Below, piece after piece: positions 34,282-41,787 of a DNA stretch of 51,446 nucleotides. This DNA comes from an uncultured Gammaproteobacteria bacterium (GTDB taxonomy: Bacteria > Patescibacteriota > Microgenomatia > UBA1406 > HO2-37-13b). The notes beneath the pieces are model-generated. The model had not been told where the DNA came from and ran no database searches. It saw nothing but the letters and a program-made list of their open reading frames with translations. Within the stretch, counting starts at the first letter, position 1, and the number at the start of each line of letters is the position of its first letter. The stretch is from positions 26,042 through 77,487 of the forward strand of contig CAYZCU010000001.1 of assembly GCA_964477065.1 (NCBI GenBank), written 5' to 3'. A program made the position numbers and the translations under genes.

Positions 34282-34884
34282 TTACACTATGTCTTCGGTT
34301 TTGACTTCTCCCGTACGTTTATAGTAACCAAAGAAAATCCCGCTTGGGGTAACTTTAGATTTAAAAAGCTTAAAAGCGGCAGGAATTGTACCTTTTTCAA
34401 ATAACCTTTTTCCTGTCCCAAGTGTAAGAGGAAATATTTTTAGCCAAAGTTCATCTACTAAATCATTTTCCATGAGTGATTGAATAAGATGAGCGCTACC
34501 ATACACTTGTAAATCCGGACCCGTTGATTTCTTTAGCTTTTTTAATTCAGTAATATCTTTTAAAACTTCTGTGTTTTCCCAGGCTGGGTTTTTTAATGTC
34601 GTGGATACGACATATTTTGGAACTTTGTTTATTTGCGGCCAGCCTTCAGCTTCTGTAGTGTGATGTGGCCAAAATCCTGAAAAGATATCATATGTTTTTC
34701 GCCCAAGGAGTAATCCAGCGGTTTCTTTCATTTGTATTCCCATTTCTTTCCCGCCAGCTTCATCAAAATAGGGGGCCATCCATCCACCATATTTAAATCC
34801 TTCGGCTGTATCTTCTTTAGACCCACCCGGAGCTTGGATTACGCCATCCAGTGTAATAAATTCGACAACAATAATTTTTCTCAT
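34282..34884 (-). CDS. dihydrofolate-reductase-like (RibD C-terminal domain/YyaP-like) protein
   Basis: MRKIIVVEFITLDGVIQAPGG...LLGRKTYDIF...VYGSAHLIQSL. Confidence 0.75.
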   Translation of the reverse strand: MRKIIVVEFITLDGVIQAPGGSKEDTAEGFKYGGWMAPYFDEAGGKEMGIQMKETAGLLLGRKTYDIFSGFWPHHTTEAEGWPQINKVPKYVVSTTLKNPAWENTEVLKDITELKKLKKSTGPDLQVYGSAHLIQSLMENDLVDELWLKIFPLTLGTGKRLFEKGTIPAAFKLFKSKVTPSGIFFGYYKRTGEVKTEDIV

Positions 34885-34890
34885 TAAACC

Positions 34891-34899
34891 ATTCTATCA
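34891..34899 (-). promoter_or_regulatory. extended -10 TGaTAGAAT, 6 nt from ATG 34884 (leaderless)
   Basis: Minus strand reads TTGATAGAATggtttaATG. Confidence 0.5.
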
Positions 34900-34956
34900 A
34901 ATATCCTCAAGGAGTAATTGCGAAGTTTCCGAGGTTAAATTACATCTAGTTTTGGG

Positions 34957-35027
34957 CTGGGGAACAAGGATTCGAACCCTGAATAATTGGACCAAAACCA
35001 ATTGTGATGCCATTTCACCATTCCCCA
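34957..35027 (-). tRNA. tRNA-Gln (anticodon UUG)
   Basis: Minus strand: TGGGGAA TG GTGA AATGGCA TCAC A ATTGG TTTTGGT CCAAT TATT CAGGG TTCGAAT CCTTG TTCCCCA G. 71 nt with U1:A72 and G73. 3' CCA is not encoded (followed by CCC). Confidence 0.85.
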
Positions 35028-35086
35028 AATCTGAGATATTATACCAAGCGCAGATGAGTCTGCATAGCCGTAAATAGCGACAAACC

Positions 35087-35095
35087 TGTTATAAT
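35087..35095 (+). promoter_or_regulatory. extended -10 TGtTATAAT, 8 nt from ATG 35104 (leaderless era)
   Basis: cCTGTTATAATacatctatATG. Confidence 0.55.
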
Positions 35096-35103
35096 ACATC
35101 TAT

Positions 35104-35970
35104 ATGAAAGCTGGATACGTCGCGCTGATTGGTCGTCCGAATGTGGGGAAATCCACCCTCGTCAACAACCTCATCGGCACAAAAGTTGCCATCACATCAC
35201 CGAAGCCACAGACAACTCGATTTCCTATCGAGGGGCTTTTTGAGGATGAGCGAGGGCAAATCATTTTTGTGGACACACCAGGGATTTTCAAAAAGGCAAA
35301 AGATGAAGTCTCCAAGCGGATCAACATGAAGGCGCTTGAGCCATTCAAAAAAACAGTCAATCTGGTGCTCTATGTCATCGACCACACGCGAACGCGAGAT
35401 TTTGAAGAAGCAAAAGTCCTCGGAATTGTGCGCAAACTTCATGTCCCCACCATTCTCGTGTACAACAAAGTCGACGTCACGGAGCCTACATTCCGTCCCC
35501 TGTATGCATTTTTGGAAGATGAATTTGACACAGTGGTAGAAGTATCCGCCCTCGAACGAACTCATTTGAAAACTCTTTTAGAAGTGATTTTTGACAAGTT
35601 ACCTGAGGTTGACGCCCCTCTTATTGAAAAAGGTGAATATGTATATCCAGCTCTCAATCTTGACAGCAAGACATTTATTGCTGAAATAATCCGTGAAAAA
35701 GTATTCTTACGCACTCGCAAAGAAGTGCCCTACACGAGTACCGTTGTTGTGGACGAGATCAAAGAGCGTGATGCACACACGACATACATCAAGGCTGAGG
35801 TCCTCACGACGGATGACGTCTACAAAAAAATGCTTATCGGCGCGGGAGGTCGTCGAATCAAGGAGATTGGCAGTATGGCCCGCAAGGAATTGGAGCTCTC
35901 AACAGGGCGCAAAATCTATCTCGAACTCACCGTGCGCACGGATCGGCATTGGCCAACTACTTTGACGTAG
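35104..35970 (+). CDS. era: GTPase Era
   Basis: G1 GRPNVGKS, G3 DTPG, G4 NKVD, C-terminal KH domain (LIGAGGRRIKEIG). Confidence 0.9.
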   Translation: MKAGYVALIGRPNVGKSTLVNNLIGTKVAITSPKPQTTRFPIEGLFEDERGQIIFVDTPGIFKKAKDEVSKRINMKALEPFKKTVNLVLYVIDHTRTRDFEEAKVLGIVRKLHVPTILVYNKVDVTEPTFRPLYAFLEDEFDTVVEVSALERTHLKTLLEVIFDKLPEVDAPLIEKGEYVYPALNLDSKTFIAEIIREKVFLRTRKEVPYTSTVVVDEIKERDAHTTYIKAEVLTTDDVYKKMLIGAGGRRIKEIGSMARKELELSTGRKIYLELTVRTDRHWPTTLT

Positions 35971-36169
35971 GTCCAAGGTGACGGTCAAGATAAGCAAATG
36001 TATCTTCAAGAAAGTATGGTGGGGGTTCAATATCCGGCGTGGTAGTCACGAGCCATTGCACGATAGCCTCTTCTTTTGCAGTCTGCAATTCAGATCGCTC
36101 GTGCAAATCACGAATTGCTGTGAGATCAACCTTGGGGGCACGTTGTCCTTCACCAGCCTCATCACTCAT
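35957..36169 (-). CDS. hypothetical acidic small protein (70 aa)
   Basis: ORF directly downstream of gltX. A TATAGT box (36176..36181) lies 6 nt upstream of its ATG. Its 3' end overlaps the convergent era gene by 14 nt. Confidence 0.35.
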   Translation of the reverse strand: MSDEAGEGQRAPKVDLTAIRDLHERSELQTAKEEAIVQWLVTTTPDIEPPPYFLEDTFAYLDRHLGPTSK

Positions 36170-36188
36170 GCCTCAACTATACTCTTTT

Positions 36189-37631
36189 CTACGACAATTG
36201 CAAGCGCTTCAAACATTCTGCCTTGCCAAGAATTTCCATACTTTCGTTTGTTGGCGGAGTGACTTTTTTACCTGTTAAGGCGACCCGCACAAGCATGAAA
36301 AATTTGCCAAACGCCATACCGACTTCCTGAGCAGTCCCTTGAAGATGCTCCCCAATGATATCTGCATGCCAATCCTTTTCATCAATCCGGTCAAGGTCCG
36401 CGACGATTTTAGCAAAAATATCTGCTTGGTCTGACAGCTCAACTTCATATGTTGTTGGTGCTTCAATGAAAAATCGGCAATAGGCATCATAGTCCTGCAA
36501 CGTCTTGAGGCGCGTCTGGACAAGCGGAACAGTATATCCAATCAATTCACGTGAATAGGCACCGTCTTTGTATGTCTGCGTATACTCATAAATATGATCT
36601 GCCAAGGCATCCGCACTCATCATCCGAATATACTCACCATTCATCCATTCCAGTTTCGTCAGATCAAATGCAGGTCCTGTTGGAGAGACATCCTTAAACT
36701 CGAAAAGATCAATAAATTCCTGGAGTGAAAAAATTTCTTTTCCCTCAGGATGTGACCAGCCCTGAAGACATAAAAAATTGCGAAGCGCATCAGGCACGAT
36801 CCCATGTTCCTGATACCACGAGATGTTTGTGTGCCCGTGACGTTTGCTCATCTTGCTCCTATCCATATTGCGCAGAATCGGGGTGTGGTTGTAGTTGATT
36901 TCAGGCCATCCGAAGGCTCTATACAATAACGCATGCTTCGGCCACGATGAAATCCACTCCTCTCCACGAATTGGATCAGTGATATTCATTAAATGATCAT
37001 CCACAACAACAGCAAGATGGTATGTTGCAAAGCCGTCAGATTTGAGTAACACTTGGTCATCAATGAGCGCCAACTCAAAATCAATGGGGCCACGAAGCGA
37101 GTCCTGAAGGGTAATGGTTTTTTTGCCATCAACCTCATCAGGGATTTTGAGACGAATGACATATGGCTCAGTGTTCGCCAGCTTTTCCTGAACACTTTCA
37201 GCGCTCAATGAACGACATTTCCTATCATACATCGGTGGCTTTTTCTCATGTTGCTGGGTTGCACGGACTTCATCAAGTCGCTCCTTTGTGCAAAAGCAGT
37301 AATAGGCATGCCCCTGTGCGACAAGATCCTCGGCATGCTTCTTGTATAAAGACAAGCGCTCAGATTGTCGATACGGGCCATACTCTCCCCCCATTCGCGC
37401 ACTTTCATCCTCCGGAATGTTGAGCCATTCAAGCGCTTTGTAAATGGCTTCCTCAGCCCCCTCAACTTTTCGCGTCTGATCCGTATCTTCGATACGAACC
37501 ACAAACACGCCTCCATGCTTGTGCGCCAAGGCGTAGTCAAAAAGAGATTGATACATCGTGCCAATATGAGGAAAGCCTGTTGGGGATGGAGCGATGCGGG
37601 TGCGGGTGGTTTTTTGAGTACGGGTGTTCAT
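36189..37631 (-). CDS. gltX: glutamyl-tRNA synthetase
   Basis: RIAPSPTGFPHIGT (HIGH) and KMSKR (KMSKS); 480 aa. Confidence 0.9.
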   Translation of the reverse strand: MNTRTQKTTRTRIAPSPTGFPHIGTMYQSLFDYALAHKHGGVFVVRIEDTDQTRKVEGAEEAIYKALEWLNIPEDESARMGGEYGPYRQSERLSLYKKHAEDLVAQGHAYYCFCTKERLDEVRATQQHEKKPPMYDRKCRSLSAESVQEKLANTEPYVIRLKIPDEVDGKKTITLQDSLRGPIDFELALIDDQVLLKSDGFATYHLAVVVDDHLMNITDPIRGEEWISSWPKHALLYRAFGWPEINYNHTPILRNMDRSKMSKRHGHTNISWYQEHGIVPDALRNFLCLQGWSHPEGKEIFSLQEFIDLFEFKDVSPTGPAFDLTKLEWMNGEYIRMMSADALADHIYEYTQTYKDGAYSRELIGYTVPLVQTRLKTLQDYDAYCRFFIEAPTTYEVELSDQADIFAKIVADLDRIDEKDWHADIIGEHLQGTAQEVGMAFGKFFMLVRVALTGKKVTPPTNESMEILGKAECLKRLQLS

Positions 37632-37681
37632 GTGAGTAGGATGAGCTAAATGTCCGCTTTTGGGCTTCCTGTCATGCTTGA

Positions 37682-37690
37682 ATTATAGCA
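37682..37690 (-). promoter_or_regulatory. extended -10 TGcTATAAT for gltX (about 44-nt leader)
   Basis: Reverse complement is TGCTATAAT. Located between repeat copy f and the gltX ATG. Confidence 0.45.
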
Positions 37691-37707
37691 TACGGTCAGC
37701 TAGTATG

Positions 37708-37772
37708 AGAGTTGATCCCGATGTATAACTTCGGGTGTTGCACACCCGAAGTTATACATCGGGATTGAGCTC
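37708..37772. repeat. nested-palindrome element, copy f (full length; perfect 51-nt palindrome 37715..37765)
   Basis: ATCCCGATGTATAACTTCGGGTGT-TGC-ACACCCGAAGTTATACATCGGGAT has 24-nt perfect arms. Flanked by GAGAGTTG on the left and TGAGCTC on the right. Confidence 0.9.
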
Positions 37773-37776
37773 AAAA

Positions 37777-39012
37777 ATGTCCCTTTCAGAACTATCATAC
37801 TACGTCAGAAAAATTGGACCTGTCGCGTTGGTAGGCTTCATAATGCTGATGATTTTTTACGTCATAATTACAACACTTTTATCACTCGCTCCGAAGACGT
37901 CACAACAGCAGACAAATGTCCCATATGCGCCACCGTTTGGGATCCTTGAACCAATCCATTTCGTGCATTCGATCAACTATCCATCAGACGTATCCTTCAC
38001 GATCGACAATATTGAGGGACGACCCATCACCACAGACACTGAAGCACTCGTTTATGCTGTCCCCTCAAGTCGAACGAAATTTGGCTATCAGCAATCATTG
38101 GCATTTATGGCAAAGGCAGTTGGCATCGATACTGAGACACAAAAGTATCAATTAAGGGGACTTAGCGCGCGCTATCAGGACGAACTGCGCACGTTGGATG
38201 TCGATATAACGACGTTTAATTTTGAATATGAGCTCAATTATAGGAAGACACCGACCATTTTTTCCCGAAGTGCAACACCCGATGTTAACACAGCCAAAGA
38301 GGAGGCAAAAAGCTTCCTTCGCAAGATGAATAAGTTTTCGCAATACCTTGCCCAGGGAACCCAAAATGTGATCTACCTATCGTATGATCCGCAAGTTGAT
38401 GTTTTTAATGTCGTTCAAACCCCAGAAGAAGCCAATGTTGTGGAGGTGGACTTTTTTGCGCCAAATCTCGACAACCACCCGGTGGTGTCGCCGACATATT
38501 TTAACAGTCATATCTTTGTCACCATGGTCTTCACACAAGATGGTCCTGTTGTGATCAAGTCACATGTTGCAAGCTTCGAACCTCAGACATCAATCCAAGC
38601 GGGACAGTCAGCGCCGGCCCAAGGGGCAGACGCCGTGCCAACTTCGGGAACGTATCCGCTCAAAACAGGTGACGAGGCATGGCAGGAGCTTATCACAGGC
38701 AAAGGTATTATTGTCTCACCTTCAAAAGGATCGACGAAAATCATTGTCCGAGAAATGTTTATCGGCTACTACGCACTTGAAGAATACCATCCGTACATGA
38801 TGCCCGTTTATGTATTCCTTGGGGATAATGGCTTTGCAGGGTATGTCTCTGCTGTGAAGAATGAGTTTGTCTCAAAGGTAGTCAAGCAAACAACCGCCCC
38901 GTCAGAGTATCCATTGCCAACTCTTGAAAGCGAACCGGCGACACCGACAGCTATGCCTGAACAGATAGAGACACCTATCCCAACAGAAGCTTCACCTGCA
39001 GAAAATATCTAG
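37777..39012 (+). CDS. hypothetical membrane-anchored extracytoplasmic protein
   Basis: N-terminal TM segment (IGPVALVGFIMLMIFYVIITTLL), large extracytoplasmic region, P/T/E-rich tail. An alternative start at 37735 (MLHTRS...) lies inside repeat copy f. Confidence 0.5.
   Translation: MSLSELSYYVRKIGPVALVGFIMLMIFYVIITTLLSLAPKTSQQQTNVPYAPPFGILEPIHFVHSINYPSDVSFTIDNIEGRPITTDTEALVYAVPSSRTKFGYQQSLAFMAKAVGIDTETQKYQLRGLSARYQDELRTLDVDITTFNFEYELNYRKTPTIFSRSATPDVNTAKEEAKSFLRKMNKFSQYLAQGTQNVIYLSYDPQVDVFNVVQTPEEANVVEVDFFAPNLDNHPVVSPTYFNSHIFVTMVFTQDGPVVIKSHVASFEPQTSIQAGQSAPAQGADAVPTSGTYPLKTGDEAWQELITGKGIIVSPSKGSTKIIVREMFIGYYALEEYHPYMMPVYVFLGDNGFAGYVSAVKNEFVSKVVKQTTAPSEYPLPTLESEPATPTAMPEQIETPIPTEASPAENI
38230..38286. 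repeat. nested-palindrome element, copy g (degenerate, in-frame inside a CDS)
   Basis: GAGCTCAAT, then 25 nt, then CCCGAAGT-GCAACACCCGATGTT. This is the same 14-nt internal deletion type as copy b. It encodes ..YELNYRKTPTIFSRSATPDVN.. Confidence 0.6.
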
Positions 39013-39029
39013 ACCACCGCTAGACCGAC

Positions 39030-39830
39030 CTAGCGATTCTTTTCGTTCTTGACAAAGAAGTATGTCCCCAAGACGACAAAGACCGTAAAGAATATACCAA
39101 TAACACCGAGATTAAACAACGGACTATGCAGAACGACTTTCGAATATTCAGGACGTCCCAAATAAAATATCCCGCGAGCAAAATCGACTGCATAGGTCAT
39201 TGGTGCAATACGTGACAAAACGAGCAAAATAAAGGGGAGGTGTTGAATAGGACTAAAAACACCAGCGAGAAAAAATTGTGGAAACAACAAGAATGGAAAT
39301 ATTTGATTTGCAGAGCGTTCATTACCCATCTGAGACATGACAATCAGACCAAATGATCCCCCCAGAAATGCTGACACGAGCGCTACAGGAATCAGTGACA
39401 AAAATTGCACAAATGTCAAGGGGACGCCAATGATAAGTCCGAAAATAACAATTGCAATTCCTTGCATGGACGAGACAAGTGTCTCTCCTAAAATTTTTCC
39501 GATAATAATCGTATAACGTGAAACGGGCGCAATAAATAATTCCTGACTAAAATCATTTGCTCGATCCTCGACAAGAGAGATAAGTCCTGAAGCAGTCGAC
39601 TGAAACATTGTTTGACCAAAAACACCCGTAAAAATAAACACCAATAAATTATATCCCGTCTGCTCGCCCCAGTTTGACTGCAAACTACCGCCAAGCGCAC
39701 CGATAAATATTACAGGAAATATCAAACTTGCAAACATACGCGGACGATCCCGGAGCAGTTTAGACAAGTCTCGATACGCAATTGCATATATTGCTCGAAG
39801 TTCATGAATGAGTGAGTTGGTGCGTGCCAT
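39030..39830 (-). CDS. ABC-2-type transporter permease
   Basis: Six TM segments in the ABC-2 layout, directly downstream of the ATPase gene. Confidence 0.75.
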   Translation of the reverse strand: MARTNSLIHELRAIYAIAYRDLSKLLRDRPRMFASLIFPVIFIGALGGSLQSNWGEQTGYNLLVFIFTGVFGQTMFQSTASGLISLVEDRANDFSQELFIAPVSRYTIIIGKILGETLVSSMQGIAIVIFGLIIGVPLTFVQFLSLIPVALVSAFLGGSFGLIVMSQMGNERSANQIFPFLLFPQFFLAGVFSPIQHLPFILLVLSRIAPMTYAVDFARGIFYLGRPEYSKVVLHSPLFNLGVIGIFFTVFVVLGTYFFVKNEKNR

Positions 39831-39842
39831 AAAAAATACGAT

Positions 39843-40787
39843 TTACGATCGAGAAATAATTTCTAAATATGCTTCTTCAAGTGTTGGTGTATGAACATGA
39901 ACATTCGACAACGGCGTCTTGATAGATTTCAAAATTTCATGTGCTGTCTGCTTTCCCATGTCAATTTTAAAACCACCTTGTGCTTCAACAGTATAGTGCA
40001 CCTTCTTTGCTTTCAGCTCATCTTTCAAATCTGCTGTTTGCTCCGATGACACAAGCAAATATTCATCAATCAAATCTTTTTTGATATCACGTGGAGTGCC
40101 TTGAGAAACTATTTTTCCATTTCCCATGACACACAGATAATCAGATCCTTCTGCTTCTTCTAAATAATGCGTTGTCAAAAAAATAGTGGTGTTGTTTTTT
40201 TGTCGAACGACCTGCAGATATTCCCACAAGTTTTTACGACTCAAAGGATCAAGCCCCGTTGTTGGCTCATCCAAAAAGAGCACTTTCGGATTGTGGGTAA
40301 GACTTCGGATAATTTCAAGCTTTCGCTTCATACCACCAGAAAACGTTTTGATGGGTTTGTGAATATCTTCAGAAATACCCAAGACTTCTGCCAAGTCGCC
40401 AACAACCTTCTTGTACGCCTGAGGCATCAAACTATATGTCGGTCGAAATGGATAGAGTCCATAAAGCATCGCATGAATACGGACATTTTCCTCAGCGGTG
40501 AGATTAAGATCCAGACTTGGATTTTGAAAAATGACACCGATCGAATTTCTGATTTTGTGTGACTGCGTATCTATATCATACCCAGCAATGTTCACATCCC
40601 CTGATGTCTTGGCGAGTGTCGTCGTCAGTATAGAAATCGTCGTTGTTTTACCTGCGCCATTGGGACCAAGCAATGAAAAAAAAGCTCCTTCTTCAACATA
40701 AAATGACACATCGTCAACCGCAGGCTTTGTTGCTTTTTTGTACTGTTTAACTAGATGGTCGACAGTAATAATATGCTTTGGTGTCAT
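39843..40787 (-). CDS. ABC transporter ATP-binding protein (DrrA/ABC-2 exporter type)
   Basis: Walker A GPNGAGKTT, signature FSGGMKRKL, Walker B VLFLDEPTTGLD. Confidence 0.9.
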   Translation of the reverse strand: MTPKHIITVDHLVKQYKKATKPAVDDVSFYVEEGAFFSLLGPNGAGKTTTISILTTTLAKTSGDVNIAGYDIDTQSHKIRNSIGVIFQNPSLDLNLTAEENVRIHAMLYGLYPFRPTYSLMPQAYKKVVGDLAEVLGISEDIHKPIKTFSGGMKRKLEIIRSLTHNPKVLFLDEPTTGLDPLSRKNLWEYLQVVRQKNNTTIFLTTHYLEEAEGSDYLCVMGNGKIVSQGTPRDIKKDLIDEYLLVSSEQTADLKDELKAKKVHYTVEAQGGFKIDMGKQTAHEILKSIKTPLSNVHVHTPTLEEAYLEIISRS

Positions 40788-40790
40788 AGA

Positions 40791-41777
40791 TTATTTTTGA
40801 ATATCTCGTGGGTCTTGATAGTGTACAGCATTTTGTATCCATGTCACAAGCGCTGTCGTATCTAAAAAGCGATCATCGCTTTTCATCAGCACAAGTAGAT
40901 ATTCTTTATCATGGTATTTATAAAGGGTAATCAAATTCTCTCCAGCAAGATCTGTCTTCCCCGTTTTCAGGCCTGCTACTCCAGGAATTTCTCCAAGGAG
41001 GCGATTGACATTTTGGAGGGGATGAAAATTCACATAATCAACATCTGAGACTGTGATACTTTTGATGGAAACAATTTTGGCAAGTGTTTGATTTTTAAGA
41101 AGTTCACGACCTGCAAGTGATAGATCAAAGACAGATGAATGTTGCAAGGCATTATCAAGTCCAGCAGGATTTAAAAAATTAGAATCCTCCATCCCCAAAG
41201 ATCGTGCTTTTTGATTCATTGCATCAACAAAAGCACTATAGCCACGAGGATAATTGTCCGCCAACACGTAAGCGGCATCATTCCCAGATTGCACAAGTGC
41301 TCCATATAATAAATTCTCAAACGTGATGCGCTCACCCTGAACAAGTCCCATGGTCTGTCCTTCATCAACAACCCGTCGCACCGTGAGAACCTGGTCCAGT
41401 GAATAGACATCCATTGCCGTAAGTGCCGTAATAACCTTTGTTGTTGACGCAGGAAATAAATGTCCATGTGGATTTTTTGCATACAGTGGCGTTGCCGTTT
41501 GCAGATCAATGACATACACACCTTGCGCTGTTGTAAAAGGAGCAGGTACGGAGGGCAGAACATATGGAATTGGATTAATCGGATACTCGCGAACAGGTGC
41601 AGGTGCGGTCGCAAAAAGTTTTCGATGATGTGAAAAAAGTCGCGTATATCGAGAATCCCCTGGATAAAAAAGAAAGGCGAATGAAAAAACAAAAAGCCCG
41701 AGATACGTCCTCAAATGAAAAAGGGTAACGCGGGTAGAATCCTGCGCAGGGACAGTGGCAGTTTTATTTACGGGCAT
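40791..41777 (-). CDS. D-alanyl-D-alanine carboxypeptidase (S11, PBP5/DacB-like)
   Basis: SxxK PASTTKVITA, SxN VQSGNDAA, KTG LKTGKT. Start moved to ATG 41777 (MPVNKT) to clear the aspS stop. Confidence 0.8.
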   Translation of the reverse strand: MPVNKTATVPAQDSTRVTLFHLRTYLGLFVFSFAFLFYPGDSRYTRLFSHHRKLFATAPAPVREYPINPIPYVLPSVPAPFTTAQGVYVIDLQTATPLYAKNPHGHLFPASTTKVITALTAMDVYSLDQVLTVRRVVDEGQTMGLVQGERITFENLLYGALVQSGNDAAYVLADNYPRGYSAFVDAMNQKARSLGMEDSNFLNPAGLDNALQHSSVFDLSLAGRELLKNQTLAKIVSIKSITVSDVDYVNFHPLQNVNRLLGEIPGVAGLKTGKTDLAGENLITLYKYHDKEYLLVLMKSDDRFLDTTALVTWIQNAVHYQDPRDIQK

Positions 41778-41787
41778 TGTCCGTGGT

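Noticed and set aside
1448-35027. Integrated mobile element or prophage next to the tRNA-Gln genes
   Set aside because: No integrase, recombinase, transposase or phage structural gene is present, and I saw no direct repeat of the tRNA 3' ends. Only a weak island-like gene content remains, which is reported as a low-interest finding.
22438-38286. CRISPR array hypothesis for the recurring palindromic repeat
   Set aside because: The copies are kilobases apart, in both orientations, of different lengths, and separated by ordinary genes. There is no repeat-spacer periodicity and there are no cas genes.
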